Origin: Podarcis tiliguerta
Taxonomy: Eukaryota
Assembly (NCBI GenBank): GCA_965153285.1
Contig: OZ229117.1
Reading direction: 5' to 3' (one strand)
Length of the DNA stretch: 64,000 nt
Both the position numbers and the translations under genes were made by a program. This document shows, one piece after another, positions 59,500 to 64,000 of this stretch (position 1 is its first letter; each line of letters opens with the position of its first letter). A model generated the notes under the pieces. It had not been told where the DNA came from and made no database searches. It saw only the letters and a list, made by a program, of their open reading frames with translations.

Positions 59500-59780
59500 C
59501 CCCAGCCCCAACCGCGCAAGAGTGGTGGTTCCTTACAACTAGTGTCCCCCCCCCCTCCCGCCGAATGGATTCTCCCAGGAGGCCACTCTCCCACGCATGC
59601 GCGTTGCTTCGTACCGGGCAGATTGACTGCTCTAGCCATGGGCGCTGAGTTGCGGCAGCTGCGGCTGCAACAGAAGCGGCGGTTGGTTCAGGAGCGGATC
59701 CGGGAGTTCCCCGATTTTCCCACGCCGGGGGTGCTTTTCCGGTAAGCGGGACGGGTAGCGGCCACTTGGGGCTATATGTG
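59500..59780 (+). promoter_or_regulatory. APRT CpG-rich promoter and first exon region
   Basis: CpG-dense; GC-box-like CCCTCCCGCC ~59553; NRF1-like CGCATGCGCG 59594-59603; no obvious TATA near the start. Confidence 0.7.
59638..59741 (+). CDS. APRT: APRT exon 1, coding part
   Basis: Kozak GCCATGG, donor CCG|GTAAGC, 104 nt. Confidence 0.92.
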
Positions 59781-62700
59781 ATGCCGAGGTCTTGTTCCCC
59801 TGAGCATGTGCAGAGGGCAGTCCTTCCCCCTCCCTTGGGGAAGCGCTCCTGTTGCCAGTGAGCCACTACAAGGTCCCGGCGACTGCGGAAAGGAAAATGC
59901 ACTCTGCCCATGCTCCGAAGTACACTTTTTTCCTGACCGTAAACTTCTTCCCTCTGGTTGTCGAATTCCCCTCATTTAAGAGGCTCCAGGGCTCAGATTA
60001 AGCCGGTCTCGAAGTAGGGGTGGGGGTGGTCGTCTTCTAAAAATATCCCTTTATTTATGCTTACGCCCTCCATGCGCCTGGTGCTCTCCAAAGTACCAGC
60101 AGGACAGGTCTCTGGAGGAGCTTGCAGTCCAGAAAGCATAATTTGCATGATTTGCCCCAGGACTGCAGAGATGAAAGGAGGACCATGCTGGTTTTTGCCC
60201 TCGATCAGGGGACAAAGGAGAACCAGGACCCTGTGCTTCTGCCCTCTCAGCAAGTATGGGCATCCACAGGGGTTCATGACCCGAAGCTCCCTGACTCCAC
60301 AGTCAGTTTCTAGCATGCGTGGAACCTGAGATATGAGACGAAATGTGTAGCCATGATTCTTCTCATTTTTGGGCCTGTTTCCCCCTTTCAGTGTTTTACT
60401 TTGCCCCAGCGAAAAGTTCCTGCTGAGGCCCCTGCCCCCAAGAGTGCCATAGCAAGCGGAATATGCCACCTGTGGGCCAGGGGATGTGACTGAAGTGATA
60501 CCTAGCTTTCAGGTGTGATTAAGCCTAGAGGAAGTGGGAGAATAAGGAAAATACACAAGAGGTTGGATACCTGTTGCTTTAACTTCATTTATAAAGCAGC
60601 TCCAATGCTGGATCCCAAATGTTTTTCTTCTGAAGGATAATTCCCACTCACAAATAATTTCTTTTGACAAGTGCTTCTTTCTCTCCATAGAGATATCACC
60701 CCCCTCGTAAAGGACCCGGTTGCCTTTGCAGCTGCAATTGACCTCCTGGAAGCTCACGTCAAGGCCTCACATCCCCAGGTTGAGTACATTGCAGGTGAGT
60801 CAGGGACCAGTTTGTCTTTAAAGCTCTGGAGGGCAGCAGGTTGGGGGAGGCTGTCCTTAAGAGAAAGTCAGTGGATCTTGAGGCCATGAATGCCCCATCT
60901 ATAAACATGCTGCATCCTGACAACAAATCTTCCTCCCTTGACTCCTCTGAGTTCTCTGTGCATGCTCAGATGCACTCTTGGTCAAATGTATATGCCAAAG
61001 CTGAGCCACTGAAACCAGACAGTACTTCCTTTAAATCACAAAGAGCTTGGCATTTGCTCCACTTAAGCCTCCACTGAATGGCCTCACAAACAGCAGAAGA
61101 AGTGCTAAACCTGTGCCTGGTTTCTCCCTGGTCTGCTAACTTTCTACTTGCGGGGGATTGCACTGCATAGAGAAGCATTCTGTCATGTGAACGCGCGCTG
61201 CCCCCCCCCCTGCAGTGTGAAGACCAGAGACAGGTTTACAATCTCATCTTCCTGTCAGCAGGTAGAAGGAAGGCCTCACATACCACACTCACTGTGCCAC
61301 AACGATGGGAGTACCGCTTTTAACTTTGAGGACTGAGAAAGTAAGCTGCTGCTTCTCTGCTTCTGACAGGTCTTGAATCCCGAGGATTCCTTTTTGGACC
61401 AGCTTTGGCACAGAGATTGGGAGTTGGATTTGTGCTAATACGGAAGAAGGGGAAGCTACCAGGTCCCACAGTGTCTGTTGCCTACTCTCTGGAATATGGC
61501 CAGGTATTGGTGGGGTTTTTTTTCTAGGGGGTGGAGGTGGGGATTTCAAATGCAGCTCTGGTGGAGGGGCTTCTAATGATCACCCATTTATGCTGCCTCA
61601 GCAGGAGAATGCAAAGCCATTTTTAAAAAAAGTGTATTATAATTTTTAATTTACCACATTTGTACACCAAAAAATCTTAGAGCAGCTTAGCAAAGTCAGC
61701 TCTAAGACAGTCTCTTCCCTCACGCTCACAATCTAAAAATACGTGACACATGAGGAAAAAGGAGGAGGGAAAAGCTGAAACACAAATTCTTTTTTCCCTT
61801 TATTTGCATTTTCAAAAACAGGAACAGAGCACACTTCGCCCCCCTCCGCCTGCCCCACTTACGACTTTGTGCCAAATACAGCATGTATACATATGCCATA
61901 TAACTTCCCTTCCACCCTTTTCCTGGTTCCTTTGTTTTTCTACTCCATGTAATCACATCTTTTTAATCATCCAGTTTGTTATGTATTAAAAAACTATTTC
62001 AACGCTGCTGGATTTACTTGAGGCCTGCTAAGCTATGTATTTGTTTATACTGGTTCTTATCTATTCCTCCTTGTATTCCTTCTCTTCGTTTTCTCTTACC
62101 CTGTTTGTCAGACCATCCAGTCCAGCATATTCAAACATTTTACACTGCCATTCTTCCTTAGTGGGTACTATAGTTGTTCTCCACCTTTGTGCCAACAAGG
62201 TTCTAGCTGTGGCGGTGGCATATAGTAATAAACTCTTGGTTGTTTTTTTACCTCCGTTGTTACCATTCCCAAGAGGAAAATCTCAGGTGTTTTGGGGAAA
62301 GTTTTCTTTTTAATATATATATTTTAATTCTTTATATATAGTTGCCCAATATTCCTTAATTACTTTACAGGACCGCCACATGTGGAAAAAGGATCGCTCA
62401 ATTTTATTACACTTCCAACATATACATTTTTCTTTTTTTAGACATTTTCGCCAACCTGGTGTGTGTTGAACACCATCTGTGGGTCATTTTCATATTTTAT
62501 CGCATAGCATGCCATGAAATTCATATTCACTTTCCACAGCTTTTTGCATAATTCATAATCAATATTGTGACCCACATCTTGCCAAACACAAGTTCTTACG
62601 GTTCTTGGAAGTTACAACTGAGGCAAGTGGTGTTTCTGGCTGCCGTTTGCTTGATAAAGAGTAGCCCCACCCCTGAAGTCCTCTTTCCACCCCGATCAAA

Positions 62701-63903
62701 TCACTTATTATCATCCATGCCACTGTTCTTCCCACAGACAGCTGACTTGCTGGCGGTTGAGTCCTCCCTGCTCCCTCACCAATGCCAGGCAGTTCTGTCC
62801 CCCACCCCCACCCCCACCCCCATCCCAGGATTCTGGCCACTACATTGCCCATTCAGCAAGCCTAAAATCCACCCTTCTTTTGCACCCCACAGGCAGAGCT
62901 CGAAGTTCAAAATGACGCAGTGAGCCCCGGTCAGAATGTGCTCTTGATCGACGACCTGGTTGCCACAGGAGGTGAGAACCGGGCAGATACTGAGGCTGTT
63001 GGGTAGAGAGGTTTGGCAGTCGGGGTCTTCTCCAGTTCTGCAGACACCCGAATGGAAGATGATGCCCCCGCTGGCTTAGCCCAAAGACAGACATGCCATG
63101 TCCCTCTTTATTCCTGCTCTCTTGCCTGCCCAGGACCTTGTGGGTTCATTGTGGGTGCTGGTCAGCACTGGGTGACATGCCAGGCTTTGCTTGCTCAAGC
63201 CATGTTTTTCCTCCTTAATCTCAAGTGTGCAACATGATAGTTCTGCACCCGAGAGTGGAACAAGTCTGCAATCTCCATGCTAGACTCGACATGTAAGCAG
63301 ATCTCACAGCTAAAACATTATCCAGCCTCATTTTTCTGCCTTTTTGTTTTAGTTTCCTTCTCAAAAGGTGCCTGGCCACCACCTCTCAACTTGTGTCACA
63401 TTTTTCCTGATGAGGAATTCTGGAGAACTCGGAAGCTTGCTTCCATTTTTTTACTTGGTCCTAATTACCCAATTGCAAAGACATGGTGCAATGTTGGCCC
63501 ACTTGGGTTTAAAATGGGATTTAACATATTGGTGGAGCATAAGGTTGTGCCCTACCCCACACTGTTAAAAGCAGCATACTCTGAGTGCCAGTTGTTGGGA
63601 ATCACAAGTTAGGGGAGAGATATTCCGATAGCTGTCTGGTTGGCCATGGAGGGAACAGGATGTGGGCTCCAGCTGTGGGTTCTTCTCATGTTACAATCGA
63701 CGGTAGCTGAATAGTGCAGCTTTTCTTCTGCATGAGTTAACATCCCCGTCTCTCATCTAGGGACCATGCAAGCTGCCTGTGAGCTGATGAAGAAGCTGGG
63801 GGCTAATATCCTGGAGTGTGTGGTACTTATAGAGTTAAAGTCCCTTAAAGGGCAAGAAGCCATCAAGCCAAACTCCCTCTACTCGCTGCTGCAGTATGAC
63901 TGA
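59638..63903 (+). CDS. APRT: Adenine phosphoribosyltransferase; join(59638..59741,60691..60794,61370..61503,62893..62971,63761..63903), 564 nt, 187 aa
   Basis: [45 protein letters not shown]-binding motif [13 protein letters not shown]-terminal SLLQYD*; GT-AG introns in frame; tandem downstream of GALNS as in human. Confidence 0.97.
60691..60794 (+). CDS. APRT: APRT exon 2
   Basis: CATAG|A ... CAG|GTGAGT, 104 nt. Confidence 0.95.
61370..61503 (+). CDS. APRT: APRT exon 3
   Basis: GACAG|GT ... CAG|GTATTG, 134 nt. Confidence 0.95.
61950..62600 (-). mobile_element. Decayed L1/Tx1-clade LINE ORF2 C-terminal fragment in APRT intron 3
   Basis: Minus-strand reading [29 protein letters not shown]... 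then a degenerate zinc-knuckle HMWRS; frameshifted; boundaries approximate. Confidence 0.65.
62893..62971 (+). CDS. APRT: APRT exon 4 (PRPP-binding motif)
   Basis: CACAG|GCA ... GAG|GTGAGA, 79 nt. Confidence 0.95.
63761..63903 (+). CDS. APRT: APRT exon 5, coding part
   Basis: TCTAG|GG ... TATGAC TGA, 143 nt. Confidence 0.95.
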
Positions 63904-64000
63904 TACCCAGGAGTGACCGCCTGCCTCAAGCCTTGTTTCAGTCGAGATGGCCTTGCTGCCTTCCTCTGCCAAACAATTCTTGGCTTTGCATTGTTGCCTG

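Noticed and set aside
59597-59626. Short upstream ORF before APRT
   Set aside because: Its ATG lies inside the NRF1-like motif, probably upstream of the transcription start; cannot be supported without TSS data

Overview
Vertebrate genomic DNA, most likely from a squamate reptile and probably a lacertid lizard, judged from Sauria-type SINEs and other squamate repeat families. It holds three complete spliced genes in the order known from human 16q24.3. TRAPPC2L is on the minus strand (5 coding exons, 139 aa). It lies head-to-head with GALNS (plus strand, 14 exons, 518 aa), with 556 bp between the start codons. APRT follows in tandem (plus strand, 5 exons, 187 aa). All 24 coding exons were read by hand; all have GT-AG boundaries and join in frame. 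Introns contain SINEs, CR1/L2/L1 fragments, hAT and Tc1/mariner non-autonomous elements, microsatellites and one 163-N gap. Almost all ORFs in the supplied track are spurious. I see no convincing new biological system. Best leads: a U12-type intron in TRAPPC2L; young inverted Sauria SINEs bracketing GALNS exon 13; a recursive-splice-like AG|GTGAGT at GALNS exon 10; a series of CNE-like motif clusters in GALNS introns (possible genomic regulatory block); and TF motifs overlapping both start codons of the bidirectional promoter. Comparisons to human sequences and repeat family names are from memory, not from searches.
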